From Obrimoposthia wandeli (lineage: Eukaryota), in the NCBI GenBank assembly GCA_977020255.1, contig CDROCS010000506.1, positions 930,001 to 994,000 of the forward strand: DNA of 64,000 nucleotides, written 5' to 3'. Both the position numbers and the translations under genes were made by a program. The notes beneath the pieces were generated by a model that had not been told where the DNA came from, did not search any database, and saw only the letters and a program-made list of their open reading frames with translations. Of this stretch, positions 21,985-31,765 are shown piece by piece (position 1 is the first letter of the stretch; each line of letters opens with the position of its first letter).

Positions 21985-23349
21985 CTACAGTGGTAACTGT
22001 TGCAGGCCACGAGCATCTAAATAAGCAGTTAGCTCTTCAGGTAACTCAGCATCGGCTTGATAATAGCAAGCGCAAGCATGGCGCTCACAACTCAATAGAA
22101 TGATACTCAACAATTCATTGAATTCATGATTCTGCCAAATACCAGCATCACCTATCGTTAACCATTGCTGCATAATCGATAATGGTTGATTAAGTACTAT
22201 GCCTGTCGATTGCATCGTAGTGAAGTCAACTAAAGTGCGGAATGCAGCATAACCATCTTGGCGTAACTGGTAGCTATTAATGCCCGTTGCAGTTGAACTC
22301 GCCGATACATTATCTAACTGACTATTATCTAACAGACTATTATCTAACAGACTATTATCTAATAGACAGTGTGCTAACTGATAGTCAGCTAATAACCACT
22401 GAGCAAATGAACCCGCATTAGCCACATCAATCGCAAAATCAATATCACGTAATAATGACTTACCAGTCAGCGCATTGTTCGCAGTTACGACTAACCATAA
22501 GTAAAACTCATAATCATCACTATGCGCATCTTGCCATTCTACCGTTTGTGTTTCTTGGCGTGACGCCGTCACACCATCAGCAGTATAAGCCGCTAAATAT
22601 TGGGCTAAATGCGTTTGCTGTAGTGCCGCGCCTGCAATAACCGTCTTCAACGTCAAAGCAAACTCAGTCTGTGCTTTATCGTTATTAAACTGCTGCTGTA
22701 ATTGTGCAAGTTGGGCAGATACAGTCTCTGCCGATTCGCTATCATTCATCGCAACAACAGCTAAACCTGGCTGTGCGTAAGTTAATAACTGGTTCAGCAC
22801 TGCTTCTGTTGTTGGTAATGCTGTTATCGTTGTCGAAGAAGCAGACGTAGAGGTTAGCGTAGCCGGTGAATTAATTATCCAGCTTTCGCCCAATGGCTCT
22901 TCACTACCTTGATCAAGAATAACGAATTGATAAGCGCCGACAGCAAGTGGCTGCGTGAAGCTAATTTGATAACTCTGCATTTCCATATCGTGTAAATGAT
23001 AAATACCATTTAACGACCATTCAACTGGCGTAAACTCAGCTGTTTCAATCACAGTTTGGTTTGACCTGATTTCCCAGATTAAATCTTCAGTCACAAATTC
23101 GATCGGTAAATGCAGATCAAATTGGATCTCTGCGGATTCATCCATCACGATCACAGGCGGTAATGCACGTAACCAAAACTGCTTAATTTCTTCTTCTAGC
23201 TTTACGTCTAATTCATCCGTAAAACCAAAATCAGTCAATGCTTGTGCAATGAGCGTTGTCGGTAACGCTTGTTCATCGCCATTGGCATTTAATTCCGTAC
23301 AGCTAAGACCAAGCATTTGGCCTAATTGCAGAATATGTTGTGCTGTCAT
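21985..23349 (-). CDS. Degenerate 4-alpha-glucanotransferase (MalQ/GH77) homologue, predicted catalytically inactive
   Basis: Matches recalled MalQ blocks: LPPVIV..W, DDYEFYLWL (DDVDFYLWL), LLRDI (LYRDL), YAAFRTLV (YEPFIELL), NELLSIILL..ERHAC (DDLLSILAL..KRHRC). RIDH reads VLNQ, GEDLG reads YQADA, C-terminus missing. Confidence 0.72.
   Translation of the reverse strand: MTAQHILQLGQMLGLSCTELNANGDEQALPTTLIAQALTDFGFTDELDVKLEEEIKQFWLRALPPVIVMDESAEIQFDLHLPIEFVTEDLIWEIRSNQTVIETAEFTPVEWSLNGIYHLHDMEMQSYQISFTQPLAVGAYQFVILDQGSEEPLGESWIINSPATLTSTSASSTTITALPTTEAVLNQLLTYAQPGLAVVAMNDSESAETVSAQLAQLQQQFNNDKAQTEFALTLKTVIAGAALQQTHLAQYLAAYTADGVTASRQETQTVEWQDAHSDDYEFYLWLVVTANNALTGKSLLRDIDFAIDVANAGSFAQWLLADYQLAHCLLDNSLLDNSLLDNSQLDNVSASSTATGINSYQLRQDGYAAFRTLVDFTTMQSTGIVLNQPLSIMQQWLTIGDAGIWQNHEFNELLSIILLSCERHACACYYQADAELPEELTAYLDARGLQQLPL
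22310..22367 (-). repeat. In-frame 15-bp tandem repeat (about 4 copies, LLDNS/QLDN) in the MalQ-like gene
   Basis: ttatctaactgacta ttatctaacagacta ttatctaacagacta ttatctaatagac. Confidence 0.9.
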
Positions 23350-23742
23350 TTGACACCTTAAATAGTGAACCTAGCGCTATTATACCGAATCAATATCAAG
23401 ATGCGAGGTCACGCGTTATTACAGCAACACTGTTTCGTGGGTTTTATGCCACTCTTGTCTATACTCCACTAAGGCAAATCTTTATAACTGAACTGTATTA
23501 TTTAAACAAATGTCGATTTATTTAATCTTTCAATTTTTTAATACTATATAAATAAGACACTTAGGCAGCATTAATTACTAATTAAAATGAGTTTAAAGAA
23601 CAAATAAGGGAAATATTCATGCCAATACCGCGGTTGGTAATGTTAATTTGGGCTCTCAGTTATTTAATTTATGTAATAAATAGTACGAAAACACATAATA
23701 AAGTGACTTAAATCAGTTTATTTTCGTAAATTTGCAACATTT

Positions 23743-23758
23743 TGTGATTCAACTCATA
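23743..23758. promoter_or_regulatory. CRP-like site upstream of gap
   Basis: TGTGA-TTCAAC-TCATA, one mismatch from TGTGA-N6-TCACA, AT-rich flanks. Confidence 0.6.
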
Positions 23759-23794
23759 CATTTTAGTATTTATTCTTGTCTTTTTATCAGAATC

Positions 23795-23808
23795 TTGTAA
23801 ATTTACAA
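23795..23808. promoter_or_regulatory. Perfect 14-bp palindrome, candidate operator in gap promoter
   Basis: TTGTAAATTTACAA about 50 bp upstream of the ATG. Confidence 0.45.
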
Positions 23809-23859
23809 CCAAGCAAGATTATTAATTCAAACTTACATTTAATTTAATGGATACAAGTT

Positions 23860-24873
23860 ATGACAATTAAAGTAGCAATCAATGGTTATGGTCGAATCGG
23901 CAGAAACGTACTTCGTGCATTCTACGAAGGTGGTAAAGAACAAGATCTAGAAATCGTTGCAATCAACGACCTAGGTGATTCAAAAATCAACGCTCACCTA
24001 ACTAAATATGATACTGCACATGGTCGTTTCCCTGGTACTGTTGATTTTGATGCTGAAGCACTAATCATCAACGGCGACCGTATCAAGACTTTCTCAGAAC
24101 GCAACCCGAAAGACTTACCTTGGGCTGAACTAGAAGTTGACGTAGTTCTAGAATGTACTGGTATCTTCGCAAGCAAAACTGCATGTCAAGTTCACCTTGA
24201 TGCAGGCGCTAAGAAAGTACTTATCTCTGCACCAGGTAAAGATGTAGATGCAACTATCGTTTATGGTGTTAACCAAGACGTAATCACTGCAGACATGACT
24301 GTTGTTTCAAACGCTTCATGTACTACTAACTGCCTAGCTCCAATTGCTAAACTATTAAATGATACTGTTGGTATCGAAAACGGCATGATGACTACTATCC
24401 ATGCTTACACAAATGACCAACGTCTATCTGATGTTTATCATTCAGATCTATACCGCGCACGTGCAGCGGCAATGAACATGATCCCAACAAGCACAGGTGC
24501 TGCAGCAGCAGTTGGCCTAGTAGTTCCTGAACTACAAGGTAAATTCCAAGGTATGGCGGTACGTGTACCAACAATCAACGTATCTCTAGTTGACCTTACT
24601 TTTGAAGCTGGTCGTGATACGACTCCTGAAGAAGTTAACCAAATCATCACTGATGCAGTAGCTGCGGATCCAATCCTAGCGCGTGCACTAGCTGTTAACA
24701 ACGAACCTCTAGTTTCAATCGACTTCAACCATGATGCACACACATCTAACTTTGATGCGACTCAAACTAAAGTTCAAGGCAAACTTGTTAAAGTTATGTC
24801 TTGGTACGACAATGAGTGGGGCTTCTCTAACCGTATGTTAGATAACGCTATCCTACTTATGAGCGCTAAATAA
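23860..24873 (+). CDS. gap: Type I glyceraldehyde-3-phosphate dehydrogenase
   Basis: [29 protein letters not shown]...[14 protein letters not shown]; strongly biased codons. Confidence 0.96.
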   Translation: MTIKVAINGYGRIGRNVLRAFYEGGKEQDLEIVAINDLGDSKINAHLTKYDTAHGRFPGTVDFDAEALIINGDRIKTFSERNPKDLPWAELEVDVVLECTGIFASKTACQVHLDAGAKKVLISAPGKDVDATIVYGVNQDVITADMTVVSNASCTTNCLAPIAKLLNDTVGIENGMMTTIHAYTNDQRLSDVYHSDLYRARAAAMNMIPTSTGAAAAVGLVVPELQGKFQGMAVRVPTINVSLVDLTFEAGRDTTPEEVNQIITDAVAADPILARALAVNNEPLVSIDFNHDAHTSNFDATQTKVQGKLVKVMSWYDNEWGFSNRMLDNAILLMSAK

Positions 24874-24916
24874 TCAAACTAGATTAAATAATCTAAGTTA
24901 ATTGATTTATAATGCT

Positions 24917-24942
24917 AAAGGCGACCATCAGGTCGCCTTTTC
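24917..24942 (+). terminator. gap terminator
   Basis: AAAGGCGACC-ATCA-GGTCGCCTTT-T. Confidence 0.85.
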
Positions 24943-24957
24943 TATGTTGGGGATTTT

Positions 24958-25845
24958 ATGTCATATCGCGATACAATCACAGATCAAATCGAGTTAACTG
25001 AACACATTCAGTTAGTCACCAGTAACGGCCTTAAATACCTGCATATTACGCACCCCAAAGCGGTAGCACGTATCAGTTTATTCGGTGCTCATCTACTTAG
25101 CTTTACCCCTGCAGACTCAGCGCCGGTGATCTGGATGAGTGATAATGCTATTTTTAACGGTGTAAAAGCGATCCGTGGTGGCGTACCTATCTGTTGGCCT
25201 TGGTTTGGTCCAGCAAATGAAAGCCCAAGTGTACAACCCCTTGCACAAACTAAAGATTACCCATCTCACGGCTTTGCACGTAACAACCACTGGCAATTAC
25301 TCGATACTCACAGTGATAGCGATACTTGCACAGTGCGTTTACAACTAACACCAAGCCCTGAAATGAAAAGATTATGGCCGCATGATTTCAATCTCATCGC
25401 CGAATTCACTATCAGTGAGTCGTTAACAATTAACCTCACGACGTTCAATACAGGCAATACAAGCTTTGATTATGGCAGTGCATTACACAGCTATTTCCAA
25501 ATTTCACAACCCGATGCAGTACAAGTACATGGTTTAGATAATAACAATCCAGTGCCGCGTGTATTAACCGGTGATGTCGATATTATTTGTGAAAACCCAG
25601 CCGCTACAATTACCTTAGAAGATAATCAGCTTCAGCGTAGGATTGATATCAATAACGAAGGTAATAATGCGATGGTCGTTTGGAATCCTTGGCAAGCAGG
25701 TGCCAAAGCATTTGTAGATATGCCGGATGACGGTTACCAAACTATGTTTTGTTTAGAACCTGCCATTATAGGTAAAAAAGCGGTAACGGTTGCCCCAGGA
25801 ACAAGTCATACACTGACAACCAGACTCAGTGTGACAGCGCTGTAA
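24958..25845 (+). CDS. yeaD: D-hexose-6-phosphate mutarotase (YeaD family)
   Basis: AIRGGVPICWPWFG, HGFAR, ALHSYF, CLEP; gap-yeaD synteny. Confidence 0.92.
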   Translation: MSYRDTITDQIELTEHIQLVTSNGLKYLHITHPKAVARISLFGAHLLSFTPADSAPVIWMSDNAIFNGVKAIRGGVPICWPWFGPANESPSVQPLAQTKDYPSHGFARNNHWQLLDTHSDSDTCTVRLQLTPSPEMKRLWPHDFNLIAEFTISESLTINLTTFNTGNTSFDYGSALHSYFQISQPDAVQVHGLDNNNPVPRVLTGDVDIICENPAATITLEDNQLQRRIDINNEGNNAMVVWNPWQAGAKAFVDMPDDGYQTMFCLEPAIIGKKAVTVAPGTSHTLTTRLSVTAL

Positions 25846-25885
25846 TTATTGATCGCGGTTTATCATTATTAATAGAATGATGCAA

Positions 25886-25930
25886 TTTCAAGATGAACAT
25901 CTGACTTATACCCCAATGTTCATCTTGAAA
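25886..25930. terminator. 15-bp perfect inverted repeat between convergent genes
   Basis: TTTCAAGATGAACAT-N15-ATGTTCATCTTGAAA. Confidence 0.65.
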
Positions 25931-25935
25931 AGTCA

Positions 25936-27186
25936 TTATCGTTGCGCCAGCGGTGTATCAATACTTTCATCAACGAATGAGCGCGCAGCAAAAATAAGAT
26001 TATCGACTTGCTGAGATATACTGTATTTACTCATATCTTGGCCCGTTAACAAACGACCTAGCTCAGCAAGTTGGCTACGTAAGTGTTGGTCTTTACGCAA
26101 TTTATCTTCATCTTTCTGTGAAATTTTTGATGCGACAGCATCTTTGATACCACTCACCTGAGATTGAAAATCTAACGCTGTTAATTCTTCCGTGCCTAAA
26201 TAACTATTTAATGTACTTAAGTGGTCACGGTAATTGATCACAACCCGCTCTGCCGATGTTTCAATTCTTTTTTTTACCCAAACAACTTCTTTAGCAATAC
26301 TCGCCGCTTGTTTTATTTGAATGTAGGTACCGTTCAAATTTTGTTGAATAACTGTATTGTCACGAGGATTTTTTTCAATTAATCGTTCTAAACTATATAA
26401 TGCGTTTAAGGCTTTATTATAGCTTTCAGGTACAAGCTCCTGATCTAAAGAATTAAATTCAGATGTTGGTAATCGCAGGACTTTACGTTTAATCATATCT
26501 ACTTCAAGACTATTATAATCACGCTCTAATTTGATTTTTTGATGCTCTAGCCCTAATCCAGTACCACGACTCTCAATTAAAGCAGCAAACTTAGTCGTCG
26601 AATCACGCAGTTTACTAAAACGAGCTTCAAAACCATCAACATCAATACTTTGAATGAACTCATCATGATCACGGATAACCGCTAATGACGGTTCAGTAAG
26701 GAGCTTAGCTTGAAAGGCTTTATTCATGCGTTGTACAAATAGTGCTGCTTCAGTTTCAATTTCTTCACTACCCGAACTTGAAAACCAGCTACCGCCATTC
26801 GGCGTATAATTCTCATACATACTCAGTAATTTTTCACGGTTACTTAACGCAAGTTCAAAATTACTTGGTGCATAATAAGCAAGATCTTGTTTATTACCAC
26901 GTTGATACAATATCTCCACGGCATTCATTGCAGCATTTACCGCATTCATTTCTTCTGATGCAGCGGCAGACAGCGTAAAGCTATCACGGTCACCAGTAAA
27001 CTCGGACAAGGTAACACAGCCCGAGAATAAACTCGTCGCCAGCATTAGCCCTGAAAGTTTAAGCGATAATTTGAATTGTTGCTTGTTTGGTAATCGTCGT
27101 TGCTTAAATAATTTTCGTAGCGCTGACAATTGGCGTGGCTTAGATAACTGACGTTTGATTGGTAATGTGGCGAGCATGAACATCAT
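25936..27186 (-). CDS. Hypothetical helical lipoprotein
   Basis: Lipobox LFSGC; helical/coiled-coil composition; two YAP-like segments; start uncertain. Confidence 0.7.
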   Translation of the reverse strand: MMFMLATLPIKRQLSKPRQLSALRKLFKQRRLPNKQQFKLSLKLSGLMLATSLFSGCVTLSEFTGDRDSFTLSAAASEEMNAVNAAMNAVEILYQRGNKQDLAYYAPSNFELALSNREKLLSMYENYTPNGGSWFSSSGSEEIETEAALFVQRMNKAFQAKLLTEPSLAVIRDHDEFIQSIDVDGFEARFSKLRDSTTKFAALIESRGTGLGLEHQKIKLERDYNSLEVDMIKRKVLRLPTSEFNSLDQELVPESYNKALNALYSLERLIEKNPRDNTVIQQNLNGTYIQIKQAASIAKEVVWVKKRIETSAERVVINYRDHLSTLNSYLGTEELTALDFQSQVSGIKDAVASKISQKDEDKLRKDQHLRSQLAELGRLLTGQDMSKYSISQQVDNLIFAARSFVDESIDTPLAQR

Positions 27187-27369
27187 CCTTTTGTTCGAGA
27201 CAGACTTAAATTAACAAGGACAGCATACGCGGCTGATATTCCAAATAGAGGTCTGAGTCAGGATAAATGCGACAAGGCGTGACAAAACAGCACTTAGTTC
27301 AACACTAAGCAGGAAGAAGGCATGAGTAGTATTATTTACATTACTAATACTACCCATACTTAATGACGG

Positions 27370-30300
27370 TTAACTTAACGCGTTCAGTAGCGCTTTAATA
27401 GGATGATTAAGTCGTACTTTACCCATACGTTTCACCTGACTACGGCAAGAATAGCCTGTTGCTAAACAACGGGAAGCATCACGTTGTGATATCGCATGCT
27501 TCCAACTTTGGCTGTAAATAGACTTTGACGCTTCGACGTTTTTAGCATCATGACCAAAGCTACCAGCCATACCACAACAACCGGTGGCTACGGTATCTAA
27601 CGCTAAACCAAAGCCATTAAATACCTGTTGCCATTCTTGTTCTGCGGTTGGCTTGTTGGTCTTTTCAGTACAATGCGCAAACAAGTAATACGGTTCTGCT
27701 TGATCTGCTTCTCCATTAATAACTTGTCCATTAATAGCTTGGCTGTTAATCGCTTCGCGCAAATGCACTTGCGCATTGTCAGTTAGCAACCATTCTTGAA
27801 TAAGTTGAACGCTGAAGTCACCGCGTTTATCCGCTAAGATTTGTTTATATTCGTCGCGATAACACAGCACTAATGCAGGTTCAACCCCTACCATAGGCAT
27901 GCCTAGATGCTGCAATTCATTCAAAAACTCTGCGGCTGTTGCTGCTGTTTTAGCAAATTTAGCTAAGAAACCTTTTACATGCTGCGGTTTACCGTTGGGT
28001 TTAAACGGTAAGATCATCGGTTTCAACCCTAACTTCTCAATCAGTGTCACTAACGTTTGCACAAGTTCGGCTTCATAAAAACTAGTAAACGGGTCTTGAA
28101 CAATTAATACATGCTTAGCTTTATCTTCCGCACTTAAACGCTGTAGAAACGCTAAATCAAAACTTTGTGCATAATGACCACGTAATGATTCTGATAACGT
28201 CGGTACACTTAATAACGGAATATCCACCATGCCAATGGTGTGCTTAGTCGCAGCTTGCAACCAATCTTGGCCTAACCAAAAATTAAAGAACTTCGGCATC
28301 TTCGCCATCATCGGCGTATAGCTTTCAGAATACCCCACCGCAAAATCTTTAATCGGACGTAAATAACGACTGTGGTATTGATCAATAAAGCGCGACCTAA
28401 ACTCAGGCACGTCAACTTTAACCGGGCATTGCACAGTACAGGCTTTACAGGCCAAGCAACCTTGCATTGCATCCATCACTTCATGCGAGAAATCATAACG
28501 ACCACGGGCTTTATTCCAACTATTTTTTAATCGCGTAGTAAACGTCGCGACACCCACTTGCTGGACCGTTAGTTGTTGGCCTAATTCATGTTCTGTCATT
28601 TCATGGCAAGATAACTGACGTAACCATTCACGCATTAAACCAGCTCGGCCTTTTGGCGAATGACGGCGATCACCAGTATGCTTAAACGACGGGCACATCG
28701 GGCTTTTGGTATCGTAGTTAAAACACAAGCCATTGCCATTACAGTCAATTGCTTGCGGAAAGCTCTCGCGCACAGTCACTGGGATTTGGCGATCATAAGC
28801 ACCGCGCTTAGTCGCATCAACTGATACCAGCTGTGCATCACTGCTGAGTGGTGTACAAATTTTACCTGGGTTTAAACGGTTATCCGGATCAAAAGCAGCT
28901 TTGATCTTACGTAACTCGGTAAATAGCTCATCACCAAAAAACTCAGGGCCATACTCAGAACGGAATCCGCGGCCGTGTTCGCCCCACATCAAGCCTTTGT
29001 ATTTTGCCGTTAATGCCACTACCTTATCGGATATTTCACGTAAAATAACTTCTTGTTGCGGATCTAACATATCTAGCGCAGGACGCACATGCAGTACACC
29101 CGCATCGACATGACCAAACATGCCATAGTGCAGGTTATAGCTGTCTAATAACGCTCTAAATTCAACAATATAATCCGCTAAGTGCTCGGGCGGTACCGCG
29201 GTATCTTCAGCAAATGCCAACGGTTTTGCTTGGCCTTTTGTTGCGCCTAACAAACCCACCGCTTTTTTACGCATACCGTAGATTTTCATTACATCCGATA
29301 ATTGGTCACAAATTTGATAACCAATCACCCCCGCTTCACCCGCAGCCATTAGACGGTCAAGCTCTGCCGTTAAATAGTCTATTTTTTGTTGCTGAATGAC
29401 ACCATCATCTTCGGCAAATTCAACAAAGTTAATACCCTGCATTTCTTTATTTGGTACATCGGTGATCAATGATTTAACCGAATGCCAAACGATATCTTGC
29501 TTGGCTAGGTTTAATACCACGGAATCAACGGTTTCTACCGACAAGGCATTGGCTTTAATTAGAAACGGCGCATTACGCAGTGCTGAGTCAAAGCTGTCGT
29601 ATTTGACGTTCACCAGACAACGGAACTTAGGGATCGGTGTTAAATTTAGTTTCGCTTCAGTGATAAATGCCAGCGAACCTTCAGAGCCACAAAGGATACG
29701 GCCTAAATCAAATGCTTCGGTGTCTTTATCATAGAGGTGGACCAGATCATAACCAGTCAGAAAGCGGTTTAATGCTGGGAAGGTATCTTCAATTTTTTGT
29801 TGTTTGTGGCTGATGGTATCAATCACTTGATGACACACTTTACCCAGATAATTATCATTCTGCGTTTGTGCCTGTAGCTGCTCACGAGACTGACTGGCTG
29901 TGACTAATTCAGACCCATCCATTAATACGGCTGAGACACTTAATACGTGATCACTGGTTTTACCGTATTTCAATGAGCCTTGACCCGACGCATCCGTGTT
30001 AATCATGCCGCCAATAGTGGCACGATTACTGGTCGATAAATCAGGCGAGAAAAAGAAACCATACGGTTTAAGGAATTCATTGAGCTGATCTTTCACCACG
30101 CCCGTTTGTACTTGTACCCAGCCTTCTTCAACATTAATATCAATAATGTTGTTCATATGGCGCGACATGTCGACAATAATACCGTCAGTCAGCGATTGGC
30201 CATTGGTACCGGTACCACCACCACGCGGCGAAAAGGTAACAGTTTTAAATTCAGCCTGTAATGACAACTGCGTCAAAATCATCAAATCTTGATGATTACG

Positions 30301-30474
30301 CGGCAGTACTACGGCTTGCGGTAATAACTGATAAATACTGTTATCCGTGGCAACCGCTAATCGACTAGCGTACGACTTTTCAATATCGCCACTAAACTGG
30401 CTGTTCTCTAACGCGCTTAAAAAAGCGAGATATTCTGATTTTACTGCATCCTGATAACTTAATTCGGGGATCAT
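27370..30474 (-). CDS. ydiJ: FAD-linked/Fe-S oxidoreductase YdiJ (D-2-hydroxyglutarate dehydrogenase family)
   Basis: PRGGGTGTNGQS, PDLSTSNRATIGGM, CNGNGLC, CLACKAC...CP, CCGMAG, TGYSCRSQ. Confidence 0.93.
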   Translation of the reverse strand: MIPELSYQDAVKSEYLAFLSALENSQFSGDIEKSYASRLAVATDNSIYQLLPQAVVLPRNHQDLMILTQLSLQAEFKTVTFSPRGGGTGTNGQSLTDGIIVDMSRHMNNIIDINVEEGWVQVQTGVVKDQLNEFLKPYGFFFSPDLSTSNRATIGGMINTDASGQGSLKYGKTSDHVLSVSAVLMDGSELVTASQSREQLQAQTQNDNYLGKVCHQVIDTISHKQQKIEDTFPALNRFLTGYDLVHLYDKDTEAFDLGRILCGSEGSLAFITEAKLNLTPIPKFRCLVNVKYDSFDSALRNAPFLIKANALSVETVDSVVLNLAKQDIVWHSVKSLITDVPNKEMQGINFVEFAEDDGVIQQQKIDYLTAELDRLMAAGEAGVIGYQICDQLSDVMKIYGMRKKAVGLLGATKGQAKPLAFAEDTAVPPEHLADYIVEFRALLDSYNLHYGMFGHVDAGVLHVRPALDMLDPQQEVILREISDKVVALTAKYKGLMWGEHGRGFRSEYGPEFFGDELFTELRKIKAAFDPDNRLNPGKICTPLSSDAQLVSVDATKRGAYDRQIPVTVRESFPQAIDCNGNGLCFNYDTKSPMCPSFKHTGDRRHSPKGRAGLMREWLRQLSCHEMTEHELGQQLTVQQVGVATFTTRLKNSWNKARGRYDFSHEVMDAMQGCLACKACTVQCPVKVDVPEFRSRFIDQYHSRYLRPIKDFAVGYSESYTPMMAKMPKFFNFWLGQDWLQAATKHTIGMVDIPLLSVPTLSESLRGHYAQSFDLAFLQRLSAEDKAKHVLIVQDPFTSFYEAELVQTLVTLIEKLGLKPMILPFKPNGKPQHVKGFLAKFAKTAATAAEFLNELQHLGMPMVGVEPALVLCYRDEYKQILADKRGDFSVQLIQEWLLTDNAQVHLREAINSQAINGQVINGEADQAEPYYLFAHCTEKTNKPTAEQEWQQVFNGFGLALDTVATGCCGMAGSFGHDAKNVEASKSIYSQSWKHAISQRDASRCLATGYSCRSQVKRMGKVRLNHPIKALLNALS
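27713..27757 (-). repeat. In-frame 15-bp repeat (3 copies, EAINSQAINGQVING) in ydiJ
   Basis: ccattaataacttgt ccattaatagcttgg ctgttaatcgcttcg. Confidence 0.75.
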
Positions 30475-30759
30475 CATCCATTCCCTTGTGACAATTTTCA
30501 ACTAACAGCATTATAACATGAGTGATTTAATTCATCGCCTATAGATAAAGGCTAAATTGATCTCACTTATAACTACTCACCATATTAGGGATGTGCTGCT
30601 CTACGATTCCCTATATCGGTGCACTATATCAGTGCTATAACCACAACTTAGCCATTCTCAGCCAAAAAACGCCCTAAATAGTCCTAAATTGCCTAATTTA
30701 AGCTGGTATAAAGATTGCTTTAACAACTGATATCTATAAGGACATATGAAGGGGCGATT

Positions 30760-31596
30760 ATGACATCACAATCAGTATTACTATTTAGTAGTTCATTGAT
30801 TCTATTAACACTAACAGCCGTATGTTATTTATTTTTCATATTTAAAAAACAACAAAGATATCGTAAAAAGATACAAATTAGTGGATTAGCAAAATTAAAT
30901 GCCATTCGTCGCCTGCTCACTGAAATACAGCAACACAGAGGTCTATCAAATGGTGTGTTACACGGTGATATGAATTTAAAAACCCGAGTAAGTGAAGTCT
31001 GTAAGTCCATCAATATCATTCAACAAGACATCTGTGATACTTACCCTGATTTGGCAGAAAATGAACGCTGGCAAGCTATGCGAGATCACTGGCAGCGTCT
31101 TGCTATTGGCGGCATTAACTTACCTGTTCGCAACAACCTAGAGCAACACAATAAATTAGTACTCAACTTACTTTACCTCATTGATGACATTGCATTTTCA
31201 AGTAAGTTACATCACTTACATGATGACAAAAACGAATCGATTCAATTTCTATGGCAGGAACTATTATTTACCGCAGAAAGTATTGCGCAAATACGGGCAT
31301 TAGGTACCGGGATCGCAGCAGCACAGATATGTACACGCGCAGAGCGTATACGTCTTAATTATCTTTGCCAAACGTTAGAACAAAGTATTCACATTCAAAA
31401 AAATCAAGATTTTCTACTTAAAATATCGTATTTACTTAAGGTTATCGACAGTGAAATAACCGTTACTACGCCAAGTATTACAGCGGACCGTTTCTTCAAT
31501 ATCGCCACAGAGTCGATTGATATGGTATTAACCAGCTTTGATAAGCAACTTGAAGAGATAACATTAAATAAACACACATCATGTACATCTACATAA
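30760..31596 (+). CDS. Stand-alone NIT (nitrate/nitrite-sensing)-like domain protein with one N-terminal TM helix
   Basis: LLTEIQQHRGLS resembles the NIT LQ.ERG.S motif and ESIAQIRA the second half-motif; no output domain. Confidence 0.65.
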   Translation: MTSQSVLLFSSSLILLTLTAVCYLFFIFKKQQRYRKKIQISGLAKLNAIRRLLTEIQQHRGLSNGVLHGDMNLKTRVSEVCKSINIIQQDICDTYPDLAENERWQAMRDHWQRLAIGGINLPVRNNLEQHNKLVLNLLYLIDDIAFSSKLHHLHDDKNESIQFLWQELLFTAESIAQIRALGTGIAAAQICTRAERIRLNYLCQTLEQSIHIQKNQDFLLKISYLLKVIDSEITVTTPSITADRFFNIATESIDMVLTSFDKQLEEITLNKHTSCTST

Positions 31597-31765
31597 ATTA
31601 CTCACACTTAGACCAAATATGTGACCTGTTTGCTTGCGGTTTGAGCCCTGAACAAATAACATGGACGAAAAATAATATACTCATCTGACATGTGGGTAAT
31701 TACAAGATGTAACACAGAATCCGTGTTTTATAACATCAAATAAGCATCTATTAGGAAATAAACAA

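Noticed and set aside
24438-24743. Antisense ORF in gap (and similar ones in serS, trxB, long gap and ppsA)
   Set aside because: Expected stop-free antisense frames from strong codon bias.
23860-24873. Calling this gene epd (erythrose-4-phosphate dehydrogenase)
   Set aside because: It has INDLG and HAYTNDQ...RARAA of phosphorylating GAPDH rather than Epd-type INELA/HSAMHDQ, and shows highly expressed codon bias.
27205-27325. CsrB/RsmY-like sRNA (GGA motifs; uvrY is in the window)
   Set aside because: Only three GGA motifs, not in repeated stem-loops, with no GacA box or terminator on that strand.
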